A DNA stretch of 57,661 nucleotides, the filler included, from Platydemus manokwari (lineage: Eukaryota): NCBI GenBank assembly GCA_037951405.1. It is 5 parts of 5 records of this genome, joined end to end, with 100 filler letters (N's around TTAATTAATTAA, not from the genome) between each part and the next. Parts side by side here need not be neighbours in the genome. Positions count along the whole stretch, not along the records: positions 12,836 to 21,599 come from JBBMOY011353760.1; positions 21,700 to 30,423 come from JBBMOY011359760.1; 3 more parts are not named here. One strand, given 5' to 3'. The position numbers were made by a program, and so were the translations under genes. Shown in pieces: positions 12,836-26,814 of the stretch; positions within the stretch are counted from its first letter, which is position 1; every line of letters starts with the position of its first letter. Under the pieces are notes generated by a model. It saw only the letters and a list, made by a program, of their open reading frames with translations, was not told the origin of the DNA and searched no databases.

Positions 12836-14657
12836 AATTGTACAAGATTTTCTTTAATAAACACTCAATTTTTCTAAAAAAATTCCGGTTTTTAAGTTAT
12901 AGACCCAATATTTGAACCTGTACTAAAACTATTTTTGTATTTCAATAGAATCATCGAGAGATTATTCTTATTTACGAATAAATGTTATATTCACGTGTTT
13001 GGTTATTTTACAGGTGTCATTGATTTTGTTAATTGGTTTATTGACAGCTAATACTGATGGGACTTTACTTGTATTATCAGTTACAGGTTCTATCTATGTA
13101 ATGTTAAATTAAATTATGGGGATATCCCCAATAGCAATGTGATATCCTTCAGATTGTGGAATGGGTGTAAAAATCAATAATAGTGACAGCAGAAAGATTT
13201 AGTAACGCAACAAATACAAATATATCGACTTAGGTGAACTCCCTGCATATATTTTCTACTTTTATTTTTTGGTAAAGGTTGGCAGTTAGTTGACACATTT
13301 GGTATATTCTCGAGTGCCTAAGGTTACTTTAAATTTAAATTCATCATCATATTTTATTGTAATCATTGTGTTCTATAATTTATATATTTGATTACACAAT
13401 TATTATATTATATATTTCTATAATAATAATTAGCATACTTATTTTGATAACCACTATTGTCATATGTGTTGAATTTAAGCAATTAATCTTTAGACGACAT
13501 TATTATTCGAGAATAAATTATTACATAATCTATACTGCTGCTATGAGTCTCATTTAAATTTAACTTAATTTTTAGAATATCGAAAGAAATACTGTGATAT
13601 CCAGCATAATCATCATCTATCTTTAGCAGTTGTAAAGATCATACGAAATTAAGGACGTAATAGTTATTACTATTGGTCATACTGATTACTTCATACTTCT
13701 GATCATCTTATTAACCTGATACACCACTTATCAGAGACCGACTAATTAATCAAACCGTTCACAGAGTATCGGCAATTGTGGTGACCATTTTCTGATAAAA
13801 CTAAAGTAATATGTTTGGACATCTCAATAATTCTATAATATCATTAAATAATCCTTTATCTGATCTGGATTGAATGAAGATTCTTATCAAAGCTAGATAA
13901 ATAGAAAATTCCCTGCGGTTACTCCACAATTATATTGATCTATCAGTTATTATTGCTCAATGTTTTTTGTTATTATTTTGGATACATTTTCTCTACTAAA
14001 TCTTTTCTTAAAAAATATAATCAATATTTTGAGAAGTTACAGATTGCGTTGTTTTATTTTCAGTAAATATTTTTCAGAAAAAAGTAAATTTTTCATACTT
14101 ATTGTATTTTAAAACAAAAAAACCTACAAAACGAAATTATTATTTCTCAGATAAATAGTTTGATGAAATTTTCCAGATGTTTCAAGGCCTGATTGTACTG
14201 ATTTAAAACCACTTAAATTGTCTTGATTTAAGATGTATCGAATTACATGCAACGTTATTCGTGTTTTAGTATTTGATAATTTTAAAAAGACTGTTGCCAA
14301 GTAACGATTAACACTTAATTTTAGTGAGTTTATCGGGAATTCTATCATTTTCAGTAAGAAATATCGAATCGATATTGTTGTCATGGCGACAATAAGAATA
14401 AACTATTTAGCCATCAGAACACACATCAACACCCACGCAATATTCAAGTGCACTAATGGCGATTAAAATTATTTTCCCCTATTAAATCTTGTTTTAATGT
14501 ACATTTGTTGTTGTGGTTGGTATAATTATTATTTTATTTTTAGCTACTAATTATCTATATCATTTGTGATTTTTCTATTTGTTTTTCGATTTAAATTTTT
14601 CATCTCCATCAATAATAATGAATTATTTTAATAATACGAGTTAAATCTGAATTGAAA

Positions 14658-15170
14658 TACAGAGTGGGCCAGAAGTTAGGAGGCAGTAGCACATATATTA
14701 TTCAATAACTCACATACACATCTAACAAGGTCTGAGATTAATAATATTTATATCTAGCTTGTTTATATATGCTGTTTTTATTCAATTTAACTTGTTTAAA
14801 TCTACGCGCACAGTTTGAAATGATAAATTGAGTATTTTCATTGCAATTGAATTCTTACCCTAAACATGGAAAAACAAATCTGGAGAGTTATAAAGGAAGC
14901 TGTGTACTGTACTAAACCACGTTTATTGGAAGAATAACCAACACTTTTCACTTAATTACTACGGAGCTTTATCACAAATTGTGTTCATCGATGAAGAGCA
15001 GTGTTTTGAAGTGCATAGAAGCAAATGGAGGAGTATTTGAGTATTTGTAAATAAAAGTATCGCTTTTAATCCATTACACTATTGCTCATGCTTAAAATAC
15101 CTTAAATAAACTGAACAGATACTTAAGCCAACATTTTTGGTATTGCCTCTAACTTCTCACCCATCTTATA
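14658..15170 (+). mobile_element. Internally deleted Tc1/mariner-superfamily element
   Basis: Imperfect TIRs TACAGAGTGGGCCAGAAGTTAGGAGGCAGTA and (reverse complement) TATAAGATGGGTGAGAAGTTAGAGGCAATA. Internal remnant KEAVYCTKPRLLEE...LKCIEANGGVFEYL* matches a transposase C-terminus. Confidence 0.7.
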
Positions 15171-15413
15171 TATTAATGTTTAATGAGTTGGCATGTGTTT
15201 TTCAAAAGGAAAAATAATTTTCATTATTTCAGATAATTAGATAGAGAGACATTTTCAAGAAATTAGCATGAGACTTAAATGGTTCGTAAATTTAATTAAA
15301 AAAATTAAAATGATAAATTTGGAAAAAAGGAACAACCATTCTAAAAATGAAATAAATGATAAAATATTAAGTTGGAATACCGATTGTAACATTCGATAAT
15401 TTTTAGCCCAAAC

Positions 15414-16458
15414 TATACGTAGGGGGCGGCAAAAAAATGTAAGAAAATATCTGAAGATCAAAGTTAAAATTTTCTTGGTAGATCTTTCTAAGATAAATTT
15501 TCTAAGATGGATCATTAACAAGACTGGAAGGAAAACCAAGAATGAGGACTACAGAAGAGAATTATTGTGCGTAAAATTATTGAAGAAGATTGCCACTTAA
15601 GCTGTCCAGTCGTTTTAAGAGTCACTAACATTAAGGAAACTAGGGTTCGTCGCATATTGAAACAAAAACTTGGAAAGAGATCACTTTGTAGCAGACGGAT
15701 TGCTCACATCCTGAAGGATAATAAGATGAGAATCAGAGTCACTTGCTATCAACAAATTTTGAATGTTTATTCGGAAAAAGGGCTGTGGAAAATAATATTG
15801 TGATCAATTAAAAATGGATTTATTTTCGAGACGTACCTCCAGAAGAATGCAACCGTGTTTGGGCGGAATGCACAGGTGATCGTCCAACTATTGCTAGGCG
15901 GACAATATATGATCGCAAAGTTCTGATTATTGTTACCAGTAACTATGCAAAATCACTTACGTTTTTCGAAATTCTTCCGGATGATTAATTCATCAAAGCT
16001 TAGAGATACCTACAATTCCTGCAGAATATGATATTAAACTTTCAAATTAGACTGCCTGCCAGACCTCACGCAGCACAGTTAATTCGACTTTGGCTTGAAG
16101 AACATCGCGTGTCTCTATTAAAGCGACCTGCCTACTCACCTGACAAAACATCATGGATCGTTTTATCTTCAGAAACTAAGAGTGCTACAGACGTGGAAAA
16201 AACCTCATTTACTCAGGAGATGTGAGCAACAATTTTTATCAATATTTGTAATCAACATCGAAGACCAAGCGATTTTCAAAATTTTACATGTCATCTCCAG
16301 AGTTTCATCGAAGCTGATAGAGACTGTGTTTAGGCTTTGTTATGGTTTGCTAAAACATGCAATTTTCACAAATATATGTTTTAAATTGTATTTTTTTAGA
16401 TTTTGATACGATTTAATCGACGTAGAAAAACGAAATTTTTTTTGCCGGCTCCTATATA
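15414..16458 (+). mobile_element. Degenerate mariner transposon
   Basis: Imperfect TIRs TACGTAGGGGGCGGCAAAAAAA and TTTTTTTGCCGGCTCCTATA. Transposase remnants VRRILKQKLGKRSLCSRRIAHIL (WVPH region), NIVIN*KWIYF, ARPHAA and RPAYSPD, with stops and frameshifts. Confidence 0.85.
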
Positions 16459-17795
16459 TGTGTATGTGTGTGTGAAAAATCTTATTGATTTATGGAATGC
16501 ATGTAAATTCGTTAGCACGACCTTATCTCACAAATAATCAAGTGAAAATAATTACAGAGCATAGCAAAACTAGTCTACAATTCTCAAATAATAATTGCAA
16601 ATGGAAAAATTGAATGAATAGCCTTAAATACTAAAATTGGAACGTCGGGTTAATAATTGAAAACCTTTTTTGAGAATAAATGGGATTTAGCAGAAATAGT
16701 ATAATCTTCGAATTGTATAATTATCGCTTTCGTCGTTGAAGTTTCGATCTTAAAATGTGCTCTTTAATATACATCGATAATTCAATATCCTAAATGTGCT
16801 ATATGCGTTTATAAGGTTACTTGAGATCTTTGTTTAATGCTGCTTTATGTACACAAAAATTATAAATTAAAATTAATTTTGTAGCATTGTATTTTCTATA
16901 AAAATTGATTTTATATAAAATTATATTGATTTGTTTATATAATTGTATTAGTATATAATTGTCTGCCGTTTTCGATGCGTGTTTTGTTATAATAGTAGCG
17001 GCTTACAATGTATTTAGACTATGGTTTACAGATGAAAGGAATCCCAATTATATTTTGTTTGTCTTTGTTTTTAGAAATCTATATTGTGCTTTCCAATCGT
17101 TTGCTTCATTTTATTTACGTAGGAATAAAGGGTTGTTCTTGTTCATACAAGAGAAAATCTTAGCTTTGTGTTTGGCATAATTCTGTATTTTTGTCAAATT
17201 ATTTTCATTAATATATTAGTGATTTATAAACCTTCAAGTTGACAAGTATCAGATTATTGTGGGTAACATTGTGATAATCTCATTCAACATTACATTTAAT
17301 CTCAAAAGTCTGACAAAGAACACAAGTAAAACTCCAACATTAAGCATTTTTAATAATTCGCATACTTATTTATGTAAAAAGAAAAAGTCATTCTTTTATG
17401 CAGAGATTTTTATATTTCTTATCCATTTAGTGTAAATTAAAGATCGTAGAACTTTCCGTCACCATAAAATTGTTTATATTTAAGATAACCAATCAATGAC
17501 TCGCTAAATAATAAATTCAATGCTAATAGTTTATTTATTGAAATTATTTTTTTCATTTCAATTTCCACCAAGAGCTCCAGCAATAAGCTGATAATGATGC
17601 ATGATTGGTATAAACGAAGCGGGAATATGCAATAAAAGTGAAACTTGCTAAACTGTCAAGGGTTGATTTTAGAAAAATTGCAATTGTGATATAAAATGGA
17701 AAAATATCTAGCACAATAATCGCTCATAAATATCAAAACACAAAATCATTCCATTAAGTTGGAGAAAATTAAGAATTCCAGTGAGAATATTTCTT

Positions 17796-19694
17796 TTATG
17801 AAGTTTGGTCGAAAATATTTCTTTTCGATTTCCCATATTGATGAGAATGACGGTGACGTCTTAAAATTTCAGTTTCTTTTTGTCTACCGGAAGTTTGTCC
17901 TTTCAATTTAGCGACATTCATTTTTGAAGAAATATTTATGCTTGACATCGATTTAGACAGGAAGTCTTCTTCATCATTATTATGAGTGTTGGATTCTTTG
18001 TCAGAAATGTTATCGCAAGAATCCAAAGTTAAGGTTGATTTGCTAATATTTTCAACATTCTGAAATAAAGGAAAAGATTTTTGACATCGATCATTTAGTT
18101 AACGTGACAAAGTTCTTACTTCACATGGTAAGTTGTCGAATAATTCTACTTTTATCTCGGTTTTCATATCATCTGAAAAAGAAGATTGAGTACGATTTAG
18201 AGTAGGTGGATTGGGTTTTGATTCAAATGGACTTGCTAATAAAGATGGCTTTGAGGATCTAATTAAATGAAAGAACGAATGGATCATAGCTAAAAAAGTT
18301 TTATAATAATTCAAAATGGCATTTTTATAGAAAGATTCTTTCACTAGAATTAATCTGGCAAAAAACTACAAGCAATACATATGTTGAGTCGTGATTCCGA
18401 AAAAATGAATAATTACTGACTCCAAAAATCGAAGGTTACAGTCTTTATTTCTAATCCGCTTACTAATCAGAACGACTCACAAGGTAATATAAATACAATC
18501 AAAATAGATTTACAACTAATACTCGTACTAGTCAGTACGACAATAAAATTCGATACGAATAGCTTAAGCAAAACTTGACTTCCAACTGACACTTGGTCGT
18601 CTGTACATCGATATTTATACTCGAGATCTGTGTGTAATTTTTTGTCATGCTTGTATCACAATTTGATTTGATCTTGACTTTTCTATGTTTCTATCAAGCT
18701 TACTATTTTTTGTATGCGTGGAATTGTCCCTTTTTACAATTGTCGTTTATCATTTAACTTCGCTGTGATTGGTTTGTTGACATCCCTGTATAGTTGTATA
18801 GACATGTAAATTTTTGAAGTGCTAAAACAAAGTTTCCAAGGCGCAAATCCGTTTTTCTTTTCAAAGATTTCATCTCACTCAACACATATAGATATTAGCT
18901 ATTTTACAAACTATTTTACCTATCTTTTCTGAGTGTATGGCGTGGTCTCTGTAATTTTTGAGAACTAGTCGAAAATAAAACCACTTCCGGAGTGCGGCAT
19001 CCATTAAGCCGTGCCCATTGTTCAGCTGTTCTATTATGCTTTGTATCAACCTTTGTCACGGATGCATATCCATCTATGGTTAGTCTCGAAGCACATTCAA
19101 TATTGGAATTGATCGCGGCCAAATGTAAAGCAGTAAAGCCCTCATTGGATATTTGGTCAACATCAAGCCCCAACCGTCGGAAAGATTTCAGTAAAATACA
19201 GATACCAGCCTCGTTACCAACTTTTGAACAATACATCAAAGGTGTTATTCCTAGTTTAAAATTATAAGTAAATTATAGTTATTATTATTATAAAATAAAA
19301 TAACAAAAAATATCACTCCAAAACCTCCAAATTTATGATAATGAAGTTAAAACCACATTAAATCTCATTTCCGCCTCATAAATATCATAACTCATAAATG
19401 ATAATCCAATATGATAACTAATAAAGCGATAATTATACGGAAATATCACCTAGACCATGCGTATACTCCAAAACTCAGAATCAATCAATTCAATAATACC
19501 ATACCATTTTTATCACTTATGTTTGGGTCTGCATTCCATCGAATAAGAAGTTTAATAACATCTTTCAGTTTAAGTTCACAAGCATAACTCAGTGCAGTCC
19601 GACCACCTTCATCTTGCAAATTTGGATTTGCATGTCTCGTTAGAAGTAATTGCAAAGCATTATATCGGCATTTGTCATCCTTTGAACATATAGC
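17796..19694 (-). CDS. Ankyrin-repeat protein, ANKRD63-like; 5' end unresolved
   Basis: Exons ~19694-19505, 19251-18919, 18289-18119 and 18059-17796. ANPNLQDEGGRTALSYACE...GITPLMYC...LLKSFRRLGLDVD...GFTALHLAA; the SFRRLGL motif is characteristic of ANKRD63. Confidence 0.8.
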
Positions 19695-21523
19695 ATCAAT
19701 AATTTTAATTTTATTTTTATTTTAATATTAACAATGTTTCTTTTAATTAAAACCCAATTAAAAAGATTTTTAAAACTTTTTATAATAAACTGTGTTAGTG
19801 GAGCATTATAATGTTATGATAAATACATATGGATAACGCAAGGAATAGATATATCTAGTAGATGTTTCATTGTCAAGGGATAGTTTGCGCAATAAAAATT
19901 AAGCTATTTTTAATCTTATTGCTTTTTCATGATGTCTAATAAAATTAAAGGAAAAAACATCATTTTCAAACTGATACATATCATTTTTCGACTAGAAAAG
20001 ATTTCAGAATAAATGAATCAACTGTTATGAATTATTATAATTGTGAGATCTTTTAATTGAATTAAATTTTTAAAGTTTAATTTTATATAAAATTATATTA
20101 ATTTACTTATATATTTTTATTAAAAAACATAATTTGGTGTCGTGTCTTTTCAGTTGGTATTTGATAAAATAGTGGTGGATTACATGGTGACTACTAATCT
20201 GGATTTGATTCATAAAAGCAATTAATAATGAGGTTACAATAAGAAAGTGGATTGTACATTGTGAGTATCTTATTCAATATGTTTCTCATATAATTAAAAA
20301 ATTAAACTTTTTTGAATGAGCTTGTTAACTGCACCAGAAATTGAAAATTTCGGAGCTTTGTATTTTAATTAAAGCTAACAAACGCACACATTTTTCAGCC
20401 ATGTTTTATAGTGAAGCGCAATAATCATCATTAATGTAAGAAGGGAGACTTGATTATTGAATAAATAAGGAGCCTAAAATTTCTTCAGAATTTCTCAAAA
20501 TTTTTGAAGAAATCTTGTACATTGATGTAAATTAAATGTTTTAGAAAGATTTGTCGAGATAAAATCTATATTGATTGAACAGAAATTGGCTAAGAATCCT
20601 GCTATTTGAAAGAAATTATGGTCTAAATCTGATCGAAGATGTTCATCTGTTGAGAAATGTTAGAAATTATATCGTTGATCAATTAACATGATGAGAAGAA
20701 TTTTCGAGCATTAAAGAAAGTTTTGTATTGAATCTTTTGAGCTCTGATACAAGTGATCAAATCATATTTCAGGAATAGCTTTTGACGATTCTAGAAAATT
20801 GCACTTTTGCCGAAATTTTACTAAATCAATTTTAAATAACTTTTTAATAAAAATAGATTTCATTTAGTGCAAATGAGCTTTTTCTTAGCCTTAGGATTGA
20901 AATACTAGTTGTTTGTCTGCTGTCTTTGGAAATGTAACTGGCAAATAAAGAGCTTTACAGAAGTAAACATTAATCTCGGTTTCTATGTGACACATCATTT
21001 TCATGTTATTGAAATCCTCTCAGAACAATTGTTTTAAAGATTATTAATATAGATTCCAAGATGGATTCTAAATGAGGTAAAATTATTCAGCAAACCTCTT
21101 TACCAAATAATCCAATAACATTTTTATGATCAATGATAATAAATTAAATAGTAGTCTAGCCCATAAGCATTTTGACACAAATGGTAGCACATTAAAGAAC
21201 TCATATTTCTGGTGATAAAATTCGAGATTTCAAGAAAATTAATCTGTTTTTCACCGCTATTCATACCGGCAGATATAACCGTGCTGTAGATGTATGTGTC
21301 TAAATTTTAATTTACAATCATATTTTTTGGGGATGTTATCTAACTAAAACAAGATCATTCGTAAAAATCGCAGTTCAATTTCCAATTTATTGCTTATAAA
21401 TATTTTAGAAAATTCGTTGAGATCTTTTAGCAAATTTAACGACAATTAAAAAAATCCAGCATTTGAGGTTATTTTGATTAAATATTAACAAATTTATTTT
21501 CAACAAATACATAACCGAATACC

Positions 21524-21599
21524 TACCAGGTGTACCGGTATGAAATGAGCGTTTTTTTGTTAAAATGAAACACTAATTTTGAATGGAAAAGTAAAAAAC
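21524..21599 (+). mobile_element. Terminus of a Mos1-like (mauritiana subfamily) mariner, cut by the contig end
   Basis: TA-CCAGGTGTACCGGTATGAAATGAGCGTT resembles the Mos1 ITR (C/T)CAGGTGTACAAGTA(G/T)G(G/A)AATGTCG. A degraded reverse copy, CGCTATTCATACCGGCA, lies at ~21255-21272. Confidence 0.65.
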
Positions 21600-21699
21600 N
21601 NNNNNNNNNNNNNNNNNNNNNNNNNNNNNNNNNNNNNNNNNNNTTAATTAATTAANNNNNNNNNNNNNNNNNNNNNNNNNNNNNNNNNNNNNNNNNNNN
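21600..21699. other. Artificial 100-nt contig spacer
   Basis: 44 N + TTAATTAATTAA + 44 N. Confidence 0.97.
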
Positions 21700-24600
21700 A
21701 GCAGGTAGCACATTAGAGGATAAACATCAACACTGTGGCCAAACGGAATTGTATAATTTTTACGAATATTAGGACCTTGTGCAATGAAAAATGGTTGTAC
21801 ATCAGGTTCACTATTATTGAAGCCATGAGCTCCATCTAAGTTGAACAAATTAAAAACTCGTTTTACATATATCGATGACGTTGCAAATCAATCATTCCTG
21901 ATACATTTGGTTTGATAGAATTTCTAAAGGAAAAGATGATAACGAATTCAATAACCCCAGATCAATTATAATGTGTAAAAGATAAAAATTATGTTGAGAT
22001 TGGAACAGAAATAAATCTTAAAATAATTTAAAATCCGAATAAAATTAGGATAAAATATTAAAAAATAAAATATTTTTTCCAATTTTTGATTTTCGATTTT
22101 ATTTTGGATAGAATTAAAAATCAATGTCATTATCGTATTGGATATAGAAAGAAGTAAAAGATAAGTGATTCGTCTTATATTTTAGTAATGCAATTCTAGT
22201 AAATTTACATTTTCAAATAAGCAACACTCCAATGAGTTAGATGGTGGAAATATTTTAAGTGAAACATTAAACACATAAATAAAATATAATTATTAACAAT
22301 ATCTGAAGAATAACATCAATAATAATTATTATTAATAATAAGTAATATAATAAAAACAATAATATTATCAAGTACTAACACACAGCAGTTCCATTATTTG
22401 GTTTATGAACAATAGCCCATTTATTTTCTGCAATAATTATTAACGGTGCTATTCTTCCATTATCGATATTAAAGTTTAATGATGCTGGCACTTCCTCTCT
22501 CCAATATACTTCCAAATGAGGATTTTTATTTTTCAAAGCATTATAGACGGCTTGCTCTTTTCCTGAACAATTAATAAAGAACAAATATATTAATGTTTAT
22601 TATTATCAAATCACACAATTAAGTAAATAAAATTTAATTTATCGCAACACAGTATAATAAAATTTGAAAATCAAATTAAAAACAATGAAATAAATCCCAA
22701 ACTACCCAGATCACTAGTGAACTCTGTAACCAAAAGAAAATGAAAGACTTTCTATAAATGGCGAGATATAACTTTCATATACTTTGTTATTTGTTTAAAT
22801 TATCAAAATTCTGTTCGACGACTTTGATTGGCAAATTTTCATTAATGGATAATTAAAATCAAATTAACTATCAACCATTTAGAGATCTCAGGTTGCTTAC
22901 TTTAACGTGTATGAATTATGTATGTTTATGTTGGTTTTGAAACAGCTAATACAGGGTTATGATCATGATTCTTTTCAGTCTCATTGTCAAGTCTTCAACA
23001 GATATCCATTGATTCAAAAGATTTTCCACAAAGAACTGTAAATATCGATATTTTGGTCTTGATTTGTGTTATGTTTTGTAAGATCAGCATTTTCTAGATT
23101 TTGGAGTTCTGCTTATTTTGTTTCAATGGTATAATTATGTAAAGATTAAAGTTTCAATAACAATAAATCGCGTCAAAATCATTGAAAAGCACATCACATA
23201 AAATAATTAATATTACACCTCATAAAGTCACAATAATATCACCGACTAAACGGACTAAAAGAAGATGTTAATGTTAAGTTTCAACTTTAATAAAATCTCA
23301 TTTATCATAGAATATTCATCTCCAAAACATCTTATATTTTAATTAATTTGATTTACCTTTAATCGGATACAATGTTCCAACTGGATTTAATATAGAATAT
23401 GTGTACCAGCTGGGATCGACATAGTTATCTAAAGGAATAAGACGAGAATCAGAATCTTCTGACATTCCATGATCAGCAGTGAGAATGATATTCATTCGAT
23501 TCCATAAACCTTTCGATTTTAACAATTGTATCAAATGACCCATAATAGCATCAAGTTGCATCACTACATCAAACACGTGTTGATTATTTGGTCCATATGC
23601 ATGACCAGTTTCATCTGGTTCTGGAAAGTATAGCATTGAAAAATCGATAGGAACTCTTGTATTGCTAAGCCAATACACGAGGTCTTCGACTCGTTTTTTA
23701 AAAGGAAAATATCCGGGAGGATTATCAAGCAAGGCGTACTGCGATTCCTAAGAAGTTACAAAAAAGAAGTTACTATTGATAATAGTTACCTTAATAAATA
23801 AATAGATTGTGTTTATAATTTTATAAAATAGTAACTTCATAATTTCAAATTAATTTTCTTCACTTTATTGTTGTACATTTTGTGAGGTTTGTATCTACTG
23901 AAATATAACGAACTTTTTAATTTTAACCTGACTCCTTAAAGTGGGCATGATACTCATTGAGATTAAACGAAAACAATTAATTTTATTTATTATATATTTA
24001 ATACAATTTACACAAAGTATATTAATTTCGACACATCTTTATTGTAGAAATCGAAACACGGTTGTCTTTAGACAACAATTAGAATAATTTTATAACATTA
24101 TTATCATTAAAAAATAATTATTATATACGTTTATAGTTGTATCATTATTAAGTTTATTTTAATGTTGATATTTTACAATTGTGATATTAAACAATTATTG
24201 AATTACAACTGAGTTATTAAAAGGGCTTCAATGTAATTCAATCCGGAAAATATTAATTAAATATTCTTAAGAACATATTTTGATTAAAAGTTTATTAACA
24301 TAATAATATGCTTAATTTATAAAATACTATAGAATAATGCATAAAAATATTCTATAACAACGAAACGTAATATTCAAAAACAAAATAATAAAACATAAAA
24401 TTTATTGTTTCATTAAAAGAATATTATTAAAGGTCTGATATTATTTTTCCTAATGTTTCATTCTAATATAGACTTTCTTTTCCAATCCAATTTTATGAAA
24501 TATATATTAAAATTTCCAATCACCGATTAAAATCACATGTATATTTGTGTGTACGAATAAGAATAACCAAGAGAGATAAACTATAGATAATCAAAAACTT

Positions 24601-25103
24601 ACCTGGAAATATGGCTGTTTTCCACCGATCGGAGCATCCGTTAAAGGCCAGAGATGACTGGCTGTCGGACGTCCTAGGTTTTCCAGTGTAGCCCAAATAG
24701 GTTCTGGCCAGTTTTCGAACCATTTTTTATCATTCAGATTGTCTTGATTATTAATATCGAATGTTTCATTGTTAATTTTCCTATCAATAAACGTATTGTG
24801 AACAAATCCATGATATTCTGGGTATAGTCCCGTTACAAGGGTCTGATGGTTTGGCAACGTTGCCGTTGGGAATGCATTTTTCGATCTCATTATTCGTGTT
24901 CCTTCACTGATAAGATAATCAAAATTTGGTGTTTTACCACCGTTGGCTTTTGTCTTTTCAATATAATCATGTCGAAATCCATCCATACTGATCAAAAGAA
25001 CTTGATTTGTATCAACCACCCAACTGGATGGAGCCCATTGAAGTAAAATAATTAATGTTAAAATCGAACATAAAATTGATAAGACAATTATGGGACACTT
25101 CAT
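21700..25103 (-). CDS. Ectonucleotide pyrophosphatase/phosphodiesterase, ENPP4/5-like; 3' end cut by the spacer
   Basis: Exons 25103-24603, 23747-23357, 22562-22380 and 21835-21700. N-terminal hydrophobic signal/anchor; LLISMDGFRHDY, FPTATLPNHQTLVTGLYPEYHG (catalytic Thr), EPDETGHAYGP, TADHGM, GAHGFNN. Confidence 0.93.
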
Positions 25104-26559
25104 TGGTAATTAAAAATGATCTAAAATGTTATCATACAATTACTTAATTAAATTACGAAATTTTATAATTAAACGAACTTCGAACACACAAAACATCAAA
25201 AAATCGAGTACCACGTGATAAGCACAGCTCAAAGATGAAATATCATTTAACTCAACTACTAAAATTTATTGCGAAATACAATTAATTTGAGGAAATTATT
25301 TAATAAATAACACAAACAATGCTCTAGACAACCTATATTACTGATTAGAAAAGAATATCTTTGAATTCTTTAGCAATTTATCATTTCAATATTCACATAT
25401 TTATAAGAAATTTTAAAATAATCTGCATATAAAAATTATCCAATGATTCGATTATTGTAAACTTTTATTAAAAAAAAATAAAAAATAAATCTTAATTATT
25501 TCATTTAATAATGATATACTTTTCCGAATAATAATGAATCCATGTCTTTAGCATTAATACTATTTTGTGATACGATAGGGCCTCAATTTGGATTTCGCTG
25601 GCTTCCAATCTCAATCGATACCAGTTCAGATATATTGGGTATCATAACCGTCTTTGTTTATTGTGGAAAATCCAATAAATAATTTCTTATTCGGAATCTA
25701 CTTTATGTTATACAATGAATGATAGGTTTTCAATTTGTACTCCAGGTTTAGTCTGTTTAATGATTGAGTGCTGAGCTGCGTCCTAGAATCTCTTAAGAAA
25801 GTTGACAACTGGTATCGGTTTACTTGAATTGTTATTATATGGTTATTTATTATCATTGCATTAATACTTATAACTATTCCACTCCAAACAATTAAACATT
25901 ATTTTAAAAATATCACTGAATCGAATTTGAAAGCTGTAATTCAATTGCATATAAGAATTGCTGGAATGTTTGTTAAATTCTTATCAATAATTATTATCAT
26001 GGACCAATATTATGTTGATCAATAATTTATTATTGTATTAATTTAGTGTTTTGACGAGACTTACAAATTAATTAATTGGAGAAAATTATTTTTAAAATTT
26101 AAAGTTAATAATTAAAGAACATTTTATTAAAAAAACAAATCCATTGTATAATTATAATAAAGGTTAAAGACTCAGATGAATTTGAGAATAAATACAAAAT
26201 TTAAGTCGATTACAGACGGTTATATAATAAGAAGATTGCTTCAATATGCTCTTCAATTGATCTACCATTCTCCAATAACTCTAGAAGACTAAGTAAGTGA
26301 TGATTCTTATAAACTACTGTTCTATATTATAATCAAACTTTATCGTATATTATTGAGCTTTGTCTCAAATTTTTGATGTGACCGGTTTTGCGAAAAGAAT
26401 GTGAGGTCTATTTACGTTCATTTGTTCCAAGAAATTTATGAGGCTTACGTCATAGGATTCGGTGTATATTTTATTTTAAAGTCAATTTTATAACGTTTAT
26501 ATTGGTGTTGCATTTGTAATTAGCTTATAATAAACTTCTTGATTAACTGACGTTTTTAT

Positions 26560-26810
26560 GGATCGATTAAATTAAACTAAGATTGTTAATAACTGAGGCA
26601 TACGATTTTGTAACAAGAGAAATAAAGGTTAAGTATTAATACTGATGCTGATAGTAAGTTATAGAACATTGTTGACACTCTTATCGTCTTCATATGATAC
26701 TGAAGGGCGAGGTGAAAAATTAACTAACAAATATATTAATTAATTGCACCAGAGGCTTTAACAAGAAACTCACTGAGACTGATTAAGTCAACGGTGGTAC
26801 TAGATCCAAA
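26560..26810 (+). repeat. Dispersed repeat, related to ~43880-44075
   Basis: Shared collinear motifs GCGAGGTGAA and CTCAC(T/A)GAGACTGAT(T/C)AAGTC...GATCC in both places. Confidence 0.5.
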
Positions 26811-26814
26811 ATAT

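Noticed and set aside
20100-20950. Coding-like decayed sequence (LERFVEIKS) as a hAT transposase
   Set aside because: It is a single short motif with no TIRs or catalytic motifs found.
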